Assembly (NCBI GenBank): GCA_963707955.1
Contig: OY970176.1
Span: forward strand, 1,504,001-1,568,000
DNA length: 64,000 bases
Reading direction: 5' to 3'
From: Candidatus Bathyarchaeota archaeon
GTDB lineage: Archaea > Thermoproteota > Bathyarchaeia > Bathyarchaeales > Bathycorpusculaceae
In this document: positions 20,640-29,301 of the stretch, piece by piece
Layout of the letters: each line of letters begins with the position of its first letter
How positions within the stretch are numbered: the first letter of the stretch is position 1
The notes under the pieces: model-generated
The model's database searches: none
What the model saw: only the letters and a program-made list of their open reading frames with translations
What the model was told of the DNA's origin: nothing
Program-made: the position numbers and the translations under genes

Positions 20640-20918
20640 TTGGGAAGAACCGCTTTTATTCGGAATCGCGTCATCAACACGAAGGAGAAGGAGAAGGCGA
20701 ACGAGACGATGAGCGAGGATAAGGCGAGAGACTTAGACCAACAGGTTCTTGGGACTTTTGTAAAATCGTTCCATAGGCGTTACGAACGGTGGAAGAGGCA
20801 AGACCTTCTTTTAGTGGCGCTTCAAACGTTTCCTAAACAAGTCAAAAAGGAGAAGGTGATCGACAACCTGGCAAGCTTGAAAGCTGAATTCGAGAAGAAG
20901 CTCTTCGATGAAGGCTAG
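20640..20918 (+). CDS. Hypothetical protein
   Basis: Protein-like charged helical ORF; real start may be the ATG near 20709. Confidence 0.5.
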   Translation: MGRTAFIRNRVINTKEKEKANETMSEDKARDLDQQVLGTFVKSFHRRYERWKRQDLLLVALQTFPKQVKKEKVIDNLASLKAEFEKKLFDEG

Positions 20919-20944
20919 TTTCGCAAGAGCCGATAGACCAAATA

Positions 20945-21289
20945 CTAGGGCTTTTCCTTGTCGCGCGATCTGTAAAGTGTGAACGTGTGGCCCCTGGCCT
21001 CTACAAGCGATGCTCCCGTATGGTCAGCTATTCTTGAGGCAACCTGCTTACCTTCATGTTCAGACAGGGCGCTCTTCAAGATACTTGCCTTTACAGTCTC
21101 CTTTTTCGATAGTTGTTTGTCGATTTCCTTAAGCAACTCTGCTGAGGCTCCTCCCTTGCCAACCCACACTGTGGGTTTTTCCTCGCTGAGCTTCCTTTTT
21201 ATTAAACGCTTCTTCGCAGCAGCCGGCTTGCCCGCGTTTTCAGCTTCTCCTTTCTCTTCGCTAGCGGTATTCTTGTCTGTCCGCCGCAT
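20945..21289 (-). CDS. YhbY/CRM RNA-binding protein
   Basis: KPTVWVGKGG, EIDKQL...ETVK, RGHTFTLYR; start uncertain. Confidence 0.85.
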   Translation of the reverse strand: MRRTDKNTASEEKGEAENAGKPAAAKKRLIKRKLSEEKPTVWVGKGGASAELLKEIDKQLSKKETVKASILKSALSEHEGKQVASRIADHTGASLVEARGHTFTLYRSRDKEKP

Positions 21290-21555
21290 CTTAGGCACGT
21301 GATCACCACGTGGGGTTCCCGCCTCTGTTTCAGTCGCACACGACAGCTTACACCCGGCAGCATAAAGCCTTTGCAATGCTTGCAGACTTGGTGTCTGTAC
21401 CCGTTCGGTAGGCGAATCTTAGCGGCCATGGCTATCTTTCTGGCCATGTCCACGTAACGTTGGGCTAGGGCAGGGTCTTCGTGAACGATTTTCCTTGCTA
21501 GGTTGAAGAGCGTCTGAATCCGCTGTCTTGCTATTTGCCTTGTTTCTGTATTCAA
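21202..21555 (-). CDS. rnp4: RNase P protein component 4 (Rpp21)
   Basis: IARQRIQTLF, RYV..AR, CKHC...CLRCG zinc ribbon. Confidence 0.93.
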   Translation of the reverse strand: MNTETRQIARQRIQTLFNLARKIVHEDPALAQRYVDMARKIAMAAKIRLPNGYRHQVCKHCKGFMLPGVSCRVRLKQRREPHVVITCLRCGGQTRIPLAKRKEKLKTRASRLLRRSV

Positions 21556-21693
21556 TCTGCCCTCTTACCCCATAAGCCTGTGATTATCCGCTTGTGGAAT
21601 TGGTTTTTCCCAACGTAAAGCTTCTCCTCTTGACTAGTCGCGATTCTAGGTCCAATTGCGGTGGCAGCTGTTGCGTCCAGAGTTTGCTGCACA

Positions 21694-22680
21694 TTAATTT
21701 GAACTCTGCGTTGAAACACGCGTGGCAAGATCTAGCTTGAATCTGTTTGACAAGTTGGTCAGATCGTGAAGCACGTAAATGAACACGTAGCCTCTCCACT
21801 GGCCCCACCTGTCTTCAGCCATCTTCTTGAGCTTCGGAATCACGTTGCGTGGCGATTCCGCTTGTTCGCCGAGGATAAGCAAGCTGAATATTCTTGCGCT
21901 CCAAACGTCCAGCGCGAATCCCGGGTGGGGAGAGACAATGTCCGCGGAGTATTCGCCTATCCCCTTGAGTTCCATAAGCTTGGCTTTTGCCTCTTGATCC
22001 GTCATCTCTTCAAGTTCTCGAGGCGACGGGAAACCCTCTCTTATGGCCTCTGCTATGCCTCTGAGAAATTTCGCCCTGTAGCCGAGCTTGCACTTTTTCT
22101 CAAGCTCTCTAACCGCGGTGTTGGCTATCCTCTCCGGAGAGGGCCAGTAAAGGACCTCTTGTCCATCGAACCTTACTCTTTCGCCGTATTCCCTGATCAA
22201 CAAGTCCATCATCTGGTTGCTCCTCAATATCGGCGCCATCTGCAGAGTCAAGGCTAGGATGAGTCGCGGGAAGATGTCAGGCTGTCTCGTGTTTCTCATT
22301 CCGTACAGGTCTTTCACCAACGCTTTAACCAGTGAGTCATGCTGGGCAAGCGCGTAAAACTGGCTGATGTCTTCGCTGAGGTTCAGCGTCCACGCTGCGG
22401 TTTCCGACAGCTCTATTTTTTCGTTCGATTCAAGCTTTCTGCGAGAGTAGGTTTCGCAGGATATCTCTGGCTTCTCAACGGTGCCGAGGGACCTTAGTTT
22501 CAGTCCGACCACCTTTCCAGAAGGCATTCTCATAGCGGTCCACAGCATGCCTTTCTCGAAAATTTCAAAAGGCGTCAGCAACGACCATCCAGCCGGCTTG
22601 TGGACCGTGAGGGCAAAGTCGTACGGGGGAACCGGTTTGAACCTCAGGATCGTTGAACAGGTCAGATCTTCCATCGACAT
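21694..22680 (-). CDS. HhH-GPD DNA glycosylase (AlkA/Ogg-like)
   Basis: LGYRAKFL, LMELKGIGEYSA (HhH), DVW catalytic Asp. Confidence 0.85.
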   Translation of the reverse strand: MSMEDLTCSTILRFKPVPPYDFALTVHKPAGWSLLTPFEIFEKGMLWTAMRMPSGKVVGLKLRSLGTVEKPEISCETYSRRKLESNEKIELSETAAWTLNLSEDISQFYALAQHDSLVKALVKDLYGMRNTRQPDIFPRLILALTLQMAPILRSNQMMDLLIREYGERVRFDGQEVLYWPSPERIANTAVRELEKKCKLGYRAKFLRGIAEAIREGFPSPRELEEMTDQEAKAKLMELKGIGEYSADIVSPHPGFALDVWSARIFSLLILGEQAESPRNVIPKLKKMAEDRWGQWRGYVFIYVLHDLTNLSNRFKLDLATRVSTQSSN

Positions 22681-22863
22681 CGTATTCCCATTATTTCTCT
22701 TGCTTTTCTTAACTATCGAGATGGTACTGTTAAGTCTGTTGTGGTGGTAATACTCCACTAGCGCGCGCGAGTATGTCTGCGACTACGAAGATCACAGAAT
22801 CTTCAAAACAAGAGTCTTTTAAAACGGCCTTCTGGACAAACCCTCCGCTGTTTTTTCCATAGG

Positions 22864-22977
22864 TGGTGCGGGGGGTGGGATTCGAACCCACGGAGGCCTT
22901 CGCCAGAGGATCTTAAGTCCTCCCCCTTGTCTTAGGTTTCTGGCCTGCCTATTTAGACCTGGCTCGGGTACCCCCGC
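22864..22977 (-). tRNA. tRNA-Leu(UAA) with a 26-nt non-canonical intron (22927-22952) and encoded CCA
   Basis: Acceptor GCGGGGG/CCCCCGC; anticodon arm GAGGA-CTTAAGA-TCCTC; long variable arm; GGTTCGAATCC; BHB-like intron boundaries. Confidence 0.93.
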
Positions 22978-23083
22978 AGCGGCGATAAAGGTTGATATTT
23001 GTGTGCAGTTAAACTTTTTTGCAGAGGCTGGCACTAGGTTAAAATCTGCATTGCAGCAGATTACTCTTAGCTTATGAAGTGTT

Positions 23084-23158
23084 GGGCGGGTAGCTCAGTA
23101 CGGATAGAGCACCAGCCTCCTAAGTTGGTGGTCGTGGGTTCAAATCCCACCCCGCCCG
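23084..23158 (+). tRNA. tRNA-Arg(CCU)
   Basis: GGGCGGG/CCCGCCC acceptor, TAGCTCAG, CCAGC-CTCCTAA-GTTGG anticodon arm, GGTTCAAATCC. Confidence 0.95.
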
Positions 23159-23301
23159 CTACGGACGAACCCAGCCCGGTCTTATGAAATTTCTTTTAAG
23201 GGTTCACTTCCGTTTTCTAAAGACTTTGTTAGCGCGCGCTCATAGTGAAATAATACGTGGAGGACAAATTTTAAAAATCGTTTTCAACTACATGTTGATT
23301 C

Positions 23302-24126
23302 ATGAACTATAAGGAAAGACAGGAAATAATCGCTAAATCGCCGATTTCCTTTTCATATCTGAAGCGTTTCAATGCCGCTGCCGGTGTTCTACATCTCATC
23401 CAAGGAATTCTAATGTTGACTTTAGGTATAATCCTGACCTGGCCAATACACGTTCACACATCCTATCTGAACATAGCAGGCCCTAATCCATCATTATGGT
23501 TGTCAGGCGTCCAAACTCTTTTCACATTCAATAATCTGGGACTGATTCTCGCATCTTTTCCTCTGATCTCCGCGATAGCGCACTTCACGATTGCTTATCC
23601 GAAGAACAAAAGCTACAATGAGAACCTGAAGAAGGGTATGAATCCCTACCGATGGTACGAGTATGCCTTGTCAAGCTCCATAATGATAGTCCTAATATCA
23701 ACGTTCGTGGGCATCTTGGATTTCTGGGCGCTCGCAATGATTTTCGTGTTGAACGCGATGATGATAATGTTCGGGTACGTCATGGAATTGGTGAACCAAA
23801 AAACCGAAAAGACAAACTGGTCCCCCTTCAACTTGGGCTGCGTCTCCGGCGGCCTTCCATGGGTCGTGATTTTCGCCTATTTAACAGGCGCCGTCACGTC
23901 CGCAAGCACAGTTGCAGGCGCACGCGTACCAACCTTCGTGTACTTCATACTCTTCACTTACTTCGTCCTCTTCATGGTCTTCGCAGTTAATATGGTTCTA
24001 CAGTACAAAGGCATTGGTCGCTGGAAAGACTACCTGTACGGCGAAAGAACGTACATAGTGTTAAGTTTCGTGGCGAAAACACTTCTGGCTTGGCTAGTGT
24101 TCTCCGGGGTATTCATGCCCCACTAA
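23302..24126 (+). CDS. heR: Heliorhodopsin
   Basis: FN..AGVLHLIQG, NPYRWYEYALSS, YGERTYIVLSFVAKTLLAW (SxxxK retinal lysine); about 7 TM segments. Confidence 0.93.
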   Translation: MNYKERQEIIAKSPISFSYLKRFNAAAGVLHLIQGILMLTLGIILTWPIHVHTSYLNIAGPNPSLWLSGVQTLFTFNNLGLILASFPLISAIAHFTIAYPKNKSYNENLKKGMNPYRWYEYALSSSIMIVLISTFVGILDFWALAMIFVLNAMMIMFGYVMELVNQKTEKTNWSPFNLGCVSGGLPWVVIFAYLTGAVTSASTVAGARVPTFVYFILFTYFVLFMVFAVNMVLQYKGIGRWKDYLYGERTYIVLSFVAKTLLAWLVFSGVFMPH

Positions 24127-24257
24127 ACACGCAAAAAACAACTCCCCTTTTCTGTGAGCGCGCGCTACCCCACACAATTTCAATCATTATTCGTGCTTCA
24201 CAAGACGTATAGCGCTTTCATCTACATATCATCTGCCCGACGTCGGACTGAACCAGC

Positions 24258-24641
24258 ATGATTAGGGATTCGGAAGAGTTTGAAGTCATCTTACTGAAGA
24301 CTATAGACGAGGTGCTTGTTGACGTGTTGGGAGAGAGGAATAAACAAGTTATCTATGATTATTTTGAAAAAAAGTCATGTCCTATGCCGCAAATCTATGG
24401 TAGGCTGGACGTGTTCTCTGAGGAGTTGAGAAATTTGTTGGGTTTTGGAAGAGGTGGAATTCTCGGTTCTGCTCCGATTCTAGAAGAAACGATCCTAAGG
24501 GTATTGTGCCGCAAAATAGGGGTAACATACGATTCGACGAAGCCCTTTTTGAGCTATGTCAAGGAGCTGAAAGAAAAGTTCAACCAAAGAAAATCAGGAG
24601 TTTCGGTTCACAAAATCGAAACGGAGGTGAATATACCGTGA
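24258..24641 (+). CDS. Small archaeal signalling-associated protein (NitrOD5/DUF3227-like)
   Basis: IDE.L..VLG....VIY.Y...F.EEL..LLG.G...LE pattern; overlaps the downstream receiver gene. Confidence 0.55.
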   Translation: MIRDSEEFEVILLKTIDEVLVDVLGERNKQVIYDYFEKKSCPMPQIYGRLDVFSEELRNLLGFGRGGILGSAPILEETILRVLCRKIGVTYDSTKPFLSYVKELKEKFNQRKSGVSVHKIETEVNIP

Positions 24642-25093
24642 TCAAAAAGGTTCCGAGAATTCTAGTTGTTGATGACGACGTCAACATATGTGGAACGCTC
24701 AGTCTGATACTAAAAAAGAGAGGGTGGAATGTTGAGGTTGCCAACAGCGGAAAAGAGGCGATTAACAAATCAAGGGAACAACTGTTCAATGTGGCTTTGC
24801 TGGACATCAAGCTTCCTGACATTGAAGGTACACAACTCTTGAAAATGCTGTATGAAACTGAGCCCAAAATGATGAAGATCATGGTGACGGGCCACCCCGA
24901 AGTCACAAATGCCGTTGAAGCATTGAACAAAGGCGCCGATGCTTACCTGATAAAACCCCTTTGTCCAGAGGATCTTCTTAGGACAATAAAGGAGAAACTT
25001 GATGAACAAGAGCAGGCAGAGGAGATGACCGAAGACAAAATCGCGAGTTTCCTTGAAACCCGTTCGAAGAAACTTCTCGAAGGATTATCCTGA
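24638..25093 (+). CDS. Stand-alone response regulator (receiver domain)
   Basis: ILVVDDD, LLDIKLPD (phospho-Asp), VTG, GADAYLIKP; GGAGGTGA SD before the GTG at 24638. Confidence 0.92.
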   Translation: MIKKVPRILVVDDDVNICGTLSLILKKRGWNVEVANSGKEAINKSREQLFNVALLDIKLPDIEGTQLLKMLYETEPKMMKIMVTGHPEVTNAVEALNKGADAYLIKPLCPEDLLRTIKEKLDEQEQAEEMTEDKIASFLETRSKKLLEGLS

Positions 25094-25411
25094 CCCAGAT
25101 TTTTTTCGAAGTGCCATCACAAACTTTTCTCGCCTGGAGTCTTCAAGCGGATTCTCTAGTATCGCTAAACTTGGCTCCAGCAGATCTACACAAAATTGAC
25201 TTTCTTTTTGCTGCGCGCGCTGCTAGCTTCGCCAAGATCCCCATCTCGATATATTTGCCATCATAATTCTTCTTAAAACCATCAAGTCTTGTCTGCATGT
25301 GAGAAGTACATTCTGGACCAAACCTGCCAATATCAATCGATATTCCATCAAAGCGTCAGCGCGCATTAACGTGCATAGTAAAAAAGGTAGAGGTTGCGAG
25401 TGATATCTCAC

Positions 25412-25447
25412 TTGGTGGCGGGTTCAAATTCCACCCCGCCCGCCACG
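25412..25447 (+). repeat. Degenerate copy of the tRNA-Arg 3' end (att-like)
   Basis: ttggtggcgggttcaaattccaccccgcccgccacg versus the tRNA ttggtggtcgtgggttcaaatcccaccccgcccgctacg. Confidence 0.85.
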
Positions 25448-25879
25448 AAGTGTAGGTTGCCCTGCAGTTAGTCTCATGCCTAGACTGACTACATCATCTT
25501 CTTTGAAACCAATATGTTTGTAGAAGTCGATGACCTTAACATTGCTTCTGCGGATCTGCAGGTTTACCTTCTGGCAACCCATCTTCTTTAGGTCATCTAT
25601 GGCTTTTTGAACCAGTTTTCTGCCGTAGCCGTGTCCCTGATCTTCAGGAGTGATTGCAAGGTAGTTTATCCAGCCTCTGTGACCTTCGTAACCAACCATG
25701 ATGGAACCTTGGACCTTCCCATCCAATAGGCCTATAAGGAAAAGATTCGGTTGGAAACGCATCTTTTTCTCTATGTCTTCCACCGGGTCATTCTGGGGAA
25801 CGACTAGGTTACATGTTCGCCACAGCTCGATGACGGCATCTCTATATTCAGTTCTATATCTCACTATTCTGTACGTCAA
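25424..25879 (-). CDS. GNAT acetyltransferase (YpeA-like)
   Basis: MVGYEGHRGWINYLA, QGHGYG, KVNLQIR.SN..VIDFY. Confidence 0.9.
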   Translation of the reverse strand: MTYRIVRYRTEYRDAVIELWRTCNLVVPQNDPVEDIEKKMRFQPNLFLIGLLDGKVQGSIMVGYEGHRGWINYLAITPEDQGHGYGRKLVQKAIDDLKKMGCQKVNLQIRRSNVKVIDFYKHIGFKEDDVVSLGMRLTAGQPTLRGGRGGI

Positions 25880-26115
25880 TCAGCATCTCCCTGGAGACGA
25901 ACGACGTCATTCCCAAATAAGTTTTTTTTCCAAAACCTTCAAGCCTCTTTGCAAATACACTCTCTCTGAAGACCCCATATTTTTGAAACTGCCATGCTTC
26001 GCAGACCTTCGTTCTCCCCAACTTTGTTTACTCGTGATTAAGGTCTGATAGCTTGAAATAGGCTTAATAAAATAGAAAAAGTAGGAGTTGCCTGCGTTTT
26101 CACCACCTAGTTGCA

Positions 26116-26162
26116 GATTCAAATCTCACCCTCCACTGCAGCCGAGCCTCGCTGGTCTTATG
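26116..26162 (+). repeat. Second, more decayed copy of the tRNA-Arg 3' end and flank
   Basis: gattcaaatctcaccctcc...ggtcttatg versus ggttcaaatcccaccccgcc...ggtcttatg at 23137-23186. Confidence 0.55.
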
Positions 26163-26370
26163 CTTCGTTTATGAGTTGGCTCGCGTTTTCAGAAGACTTG
26201 TTGCCGGCGTAGTGGCAGACGAAAGACAGGGCAACTGTCATTAGCCACATAATCATAGAAAAGAAAATATGTCCCTTCTTCATCTTCACGACAAAGCAGA
26301 AAAAACTGAAAGTTTTTTAGCATCAGATCAGTGTATTGGACAGGTATCGCCGAAGGCAGGAGAATGATTC

Positions 26371-26892
26371 TTGAAGGACGTTGAGTTGAGGCTTGTTGCT
26401 GAGCTTCTGAAGAACAGTCACAGGAGTGACAGGGAATTGGCAAAGGCGATCGGAGTTTCTCAGCCTACAGTCAGCAGACTGATTGGCAAATTGATGAAAG
26501 CTGGCTTCATTAGAGAATACACGATTATTCCTGATTTCAACAAGATCGGATACCACATTTGCGCCTTGACTTTCGCAAATTTTGAAACGCCGAAGGACTT
26601 GCAAGCTATGAGGAAGCTTATTGAAGAACAGGGAAAAAGATTGTTGGAAATTCCTCAAGCTGTGATGATTGAGAGAGGCATAGGCGAAGGAGCTAACGGA
26701 GTGGTGATTTCTCTTCATCAGAGCTATTCTGACTTTGTAGAGTTCCAACAGTGGCTGAAGCAGTTCGGTTCTTTAAGCAAGTATGGCCTTCATCATTTCA
26801 TCATAGATCTTGATGACAAAGTCCACTACCGCTACCTAACCTTCTCAACCCTCGCCAAACACCTGCTGGAAATGAAGGAAAAGAAGGAATAA
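26371..26892 (+). CDS. Lrp/AsnC-family transcriptional regulator
   Basis: L..ELLKNS.RSDRELAK.IGVSQPTVSR, G.IREYTIIPD. Confidence 0.88.
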   Translation: MKDVELRLVAELLKNSHRSDRELAKAIGVSQPTVSRLIGKLMKAGFIREYTIIPDFNKIGYHICALTFANFETPKDLQAMRKLIEEQGKRLLEIPQAVMIERGIGEGANGVVISLHQSYSDFVEFQQWLKQFGSLSKYGLHHFIIDLDDKVHYRYLTFSTLAKHLLEMKEKKE

Positions 26893-27128
26893 GCTGCCTC
26901 CACTCTAACCTTGATCTGTCCATTTTTCAGAAATATCGTGTTGACAAACGCCTTTAACTTTCAAACTCAAGTCTTCATTTTGGATGACGAATCTTACTTT
27001 CACCCGCCGAAACCGAAAGGTTCGCACGCGCTGTATCGTAGTAGCAATCATTTGTTCCTAGGTTTGTTGCTGCGAAGTGGCAGTCGCGAAACTTTAAGAG
27101 AAATATCAGCCATATCATCTCGGATAAG

Positions 27129-27272
27129 GTGGTGAGAACTATTCCAAGTGAAATGGATACGATTCGAAAAAGGCTAGGCGAGTTAGAAGAAAGGATAAGT
27201 AAGATTGATAGACTCGACAAGTTGGAAGCGCGCGTGAGATCTCTGGAAGAGAAATTACAGAAGAAACAATAG
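27129..27272 (+). CDS. Small coiled-coil protein (not in the ORF track)
   Basis: Manual translation ...MDTIRKRLGELEERISKIDRLDKLEARVRSLEEKLQKKQ with a clear heptad pattern. Confidence 0.5.
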   Translation: MVRTIPSEMDTIRKRLGELEERISKIDRLDKLEARVRSLEEKLQKKQ

Positions 27273-27534
27273 ATGCGCTGAAAGGTTGATCTGGGCAGAA
27301 AACAGAATTCATGAAGTTCGCTAGTACTCTGCGACCCACATCAGAAGTTTGTAGGAAACCTGACCATTCGGCCCGGCTTTAATGTTTTTTAGGAGGTCAT
27401 CTGCATTTCCGGAAGACCTTGCAGGATTTGCTGGCCAACTCTTTACGGGAGGCTCTCTGGAAGTATGTTCCCATCGGGTTGCAGTCACAACGTTTTAAAA
27501 CTCGGGCGCATCGCGCTATCATCGGTGTTCTGTT

Positions 27535-28410
27535 ATGTCACCCGGTGAAGGAATAGGGAAGATTACGAGCAACCCGTTTACGACAGATGGGAAAGTCCTT
27601 CTAAGCAAAGTTGCGGCGACTGGAAACCTGAAGGAGGTCATCCTTAAAGCTGTTGATTTGATTGGCGGTTTCAACAAGGCCATTGACAAGGGCGACCAAG
27701 TCCTGCTGAAACCCAATTTTAACAGCACCGATTCTCCGCCCGCTTCAAGCGACCCGCAATTTCTCAAGGCGATAGTTGAGTTGCTATTTGAGCATGGTGC
27801 TGGGAGAGTTATGGTTGGAGAATCTTCTTGGCAAGCACTGTCCACGAGAAAGGCGCTGGAACGAACTGGGACACTTGCCACGCTTAAAAACTCAGGTGCA
27901 GAGATAGCGTTTTTCGATGAAGAAAAATACGTCAAAGTCAACGTCGGCGGAGAATACTTGAAAAGCGTCAGCTTATCAGAGAAGGCCATGCGGGTTGACA
28001 AGATAGTTTATTCCTGCTGCATGAAGACACATTTCCGCGCTGACTTCTCCTTAAGCTTGAAATTGGCCTTCGGGTTCACAAAGAAGAGCGAAAGGAACGG
28101 ATTTCACATCAGGCATCTGAAAGAGAAACTTATCGATCTAAACCTAGTCGTGCATCCGAACCTGATAATCATGGACGGAAGAAAATGTTTCATAACCGGA
28201 GGACCATTCAGCGGCGAGGTGCGGAACCCAAACGTTATTCTTGCTTCCGGAGACCGAGTAGCCATAGACGTTGAATCCATCAAAGTTCTTGAAAGTTTCG
28301 AAGGTTCCAAACTGAAAAACAACCCTTGGAGCTATACTCAGATCCGCCGCGCAACCGCCCTCGGACTTGGAGTAAAAAACGAAGATGAATACACGGTTGT
28401 TTCCAACTGA
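27535..28410 (+). CDS. DUF362 family protein
   Basis: VLLKPN, VGES, MKTH....SLSLK, P.L.IMDG, DRVAID. Confidence 0.85.
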   Translation: MSPGEGIGKITSNPFTTDGKVLLSKVAATGNLKEVILKAVDLIGGFNKAIDKGDQVLLKPNFNSTDSPPASSDPQFLKAIVELLFEHGAGRVMVGESSWQALSTRKALERTGTLATLKNSGAEIAFFDEEKYVKVNVGGEYLKSVSLSEKAMRVDKIVYSCCMKTHFRADFSLSLKLAFGFTKKSERNGFHIRHLKEKLIDLNLVVHPNLIIMDGRKCFITGGPFSGEVRNPNVILASGDRVAIDVESIKVLESFEGSKLKNNPWSYTQIRRATALGLGVKNEDEYTVVSN

Positions 28411-28432
28411 CATCAAATCAAAAGTGCACGCA

Positions 28433-28789
28433 TCATCTCGCCTCTGATTTTCTAATTTCTTTTATCGCATGCTGTACCGTGTGTACCGCTACTGCAATTA
28501 CAAAACCTAATGAACCTCCTAATGCGAAGTTCAAGAACACTGTTTCCAGAACAAAGGATACACATATGAAAATAGCGAACAGCAAGGAGACAGTTGACCA
28601 TAAGAAAACCCACATTTTCTGTGAAACCCATTTTCCTCGAGTAATGCCAACCAGAAACAGACAACCAAAGACAACGCAGAACCCGATCAAAAAATCGGCG
28701 AGGTTTAACATCCTCAGGCAATCACTCACACACGTTCTTATGTCTTGCTGGTCTGGTTGATGCGTGCCTATTTGTTTCTGTAGTGACAC
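28433..28789 (-). CDS. Small membrane protein, hypothetical
   Basis: Three hydrophobic segments; start uncertain. Confidence 0.5.
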   Translation of the reverse strand: MSLQKQIGTHQPDQQDIRTCVSDCLRMLNLADFLIGFCVVFGCLFLVGITRGKWVSQKMWVFLWSTVSLLFAIFICVSFVLETVFLNFALGGSLGFVIAVAVHTVQHAIKEIRKSEAR

Positions 28790-29208
28790 GTTTTGCAGAT
28801 GCCGTAGATGTCCAATCGTTGCCCCCTATGCGTGAATTCGGCCGTAGCAGTGATTCTTGCAATCATATCCCGCGCGGCAGGATCGTCCAAATCCCTGATG
28901 CTGCCACATCTCAAGCAAACCAGATTTATGTGAGGCTCAACATAGGAATCAAACCTTGCCTGCCCTTCTGGAAAACCTAGTTCCTGTATCAGGCCGAGTT
29001 TCGTCAGCATCTGAAGTGTCTTATAAACCGTCGAAAGGCTGACCGTGGGGTGAAATTCCCTGACTTCATCATAGATTTTCTGCGCAGTTGGGTGATTTCG
29101 ATTGTTGAGTATCAATCGGCAAATGGCTATTCGCTGCGGAGTCGCCTTGAATCCTCGTTTGCGCAGAGCTTCAATTATCGATGTCTCTGATTTCTTGGAG
29201 CAACTCAT
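28768..29208 (-). CDS. Fur-family regulator, PerR-like
   Basis: TPQRIAI, HPTA, SLSTVYKTL, H.NLVCLRCG, GICKTC; divergent from catalase. Confidence 0.9.
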   Translation of the reverse strand: MSCSKKSETSIIEALRKRGFKATPQRIAICRLILNNRNHPTAQKIYDEVREFHPTVSLSTVYKTLQMLTKLGLIQELGFPEGQARFDSYVEPHINLVCLRCGSIRDLDDPAARDMIARITATAEFTHRGQRLDIYGICKTCHYRNK

Positions 29209-29213
29209 AGTTT

Positions 29214-29227
29214 TTATTAGATAATAA
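29214..29227. promoter_or_regulatory. Putative Per/Fur box
   Basis: Inverted repeat TTATTA-GA-TAATAA between the divergent Fur-family and catalase genes. Confidence 0.5.
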
Positions 29228-29301
29228 TAAGTCTTAAATAAACCTTTAAGCCCTTCAGATGCAGAGACGTTACACAACAACAGAAAGGAGGTGTACTTGT
29301 T

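Noticed and set aside
22819-23034. 71-aa ORF overlapping tRNA-Leu
   Set aside because: Spurious translation of the tRNA gene.
25094-25411. Possible gene remnant on the minus strand
   Set aside because: Short open stretch with no start or family signature; too weak to call.
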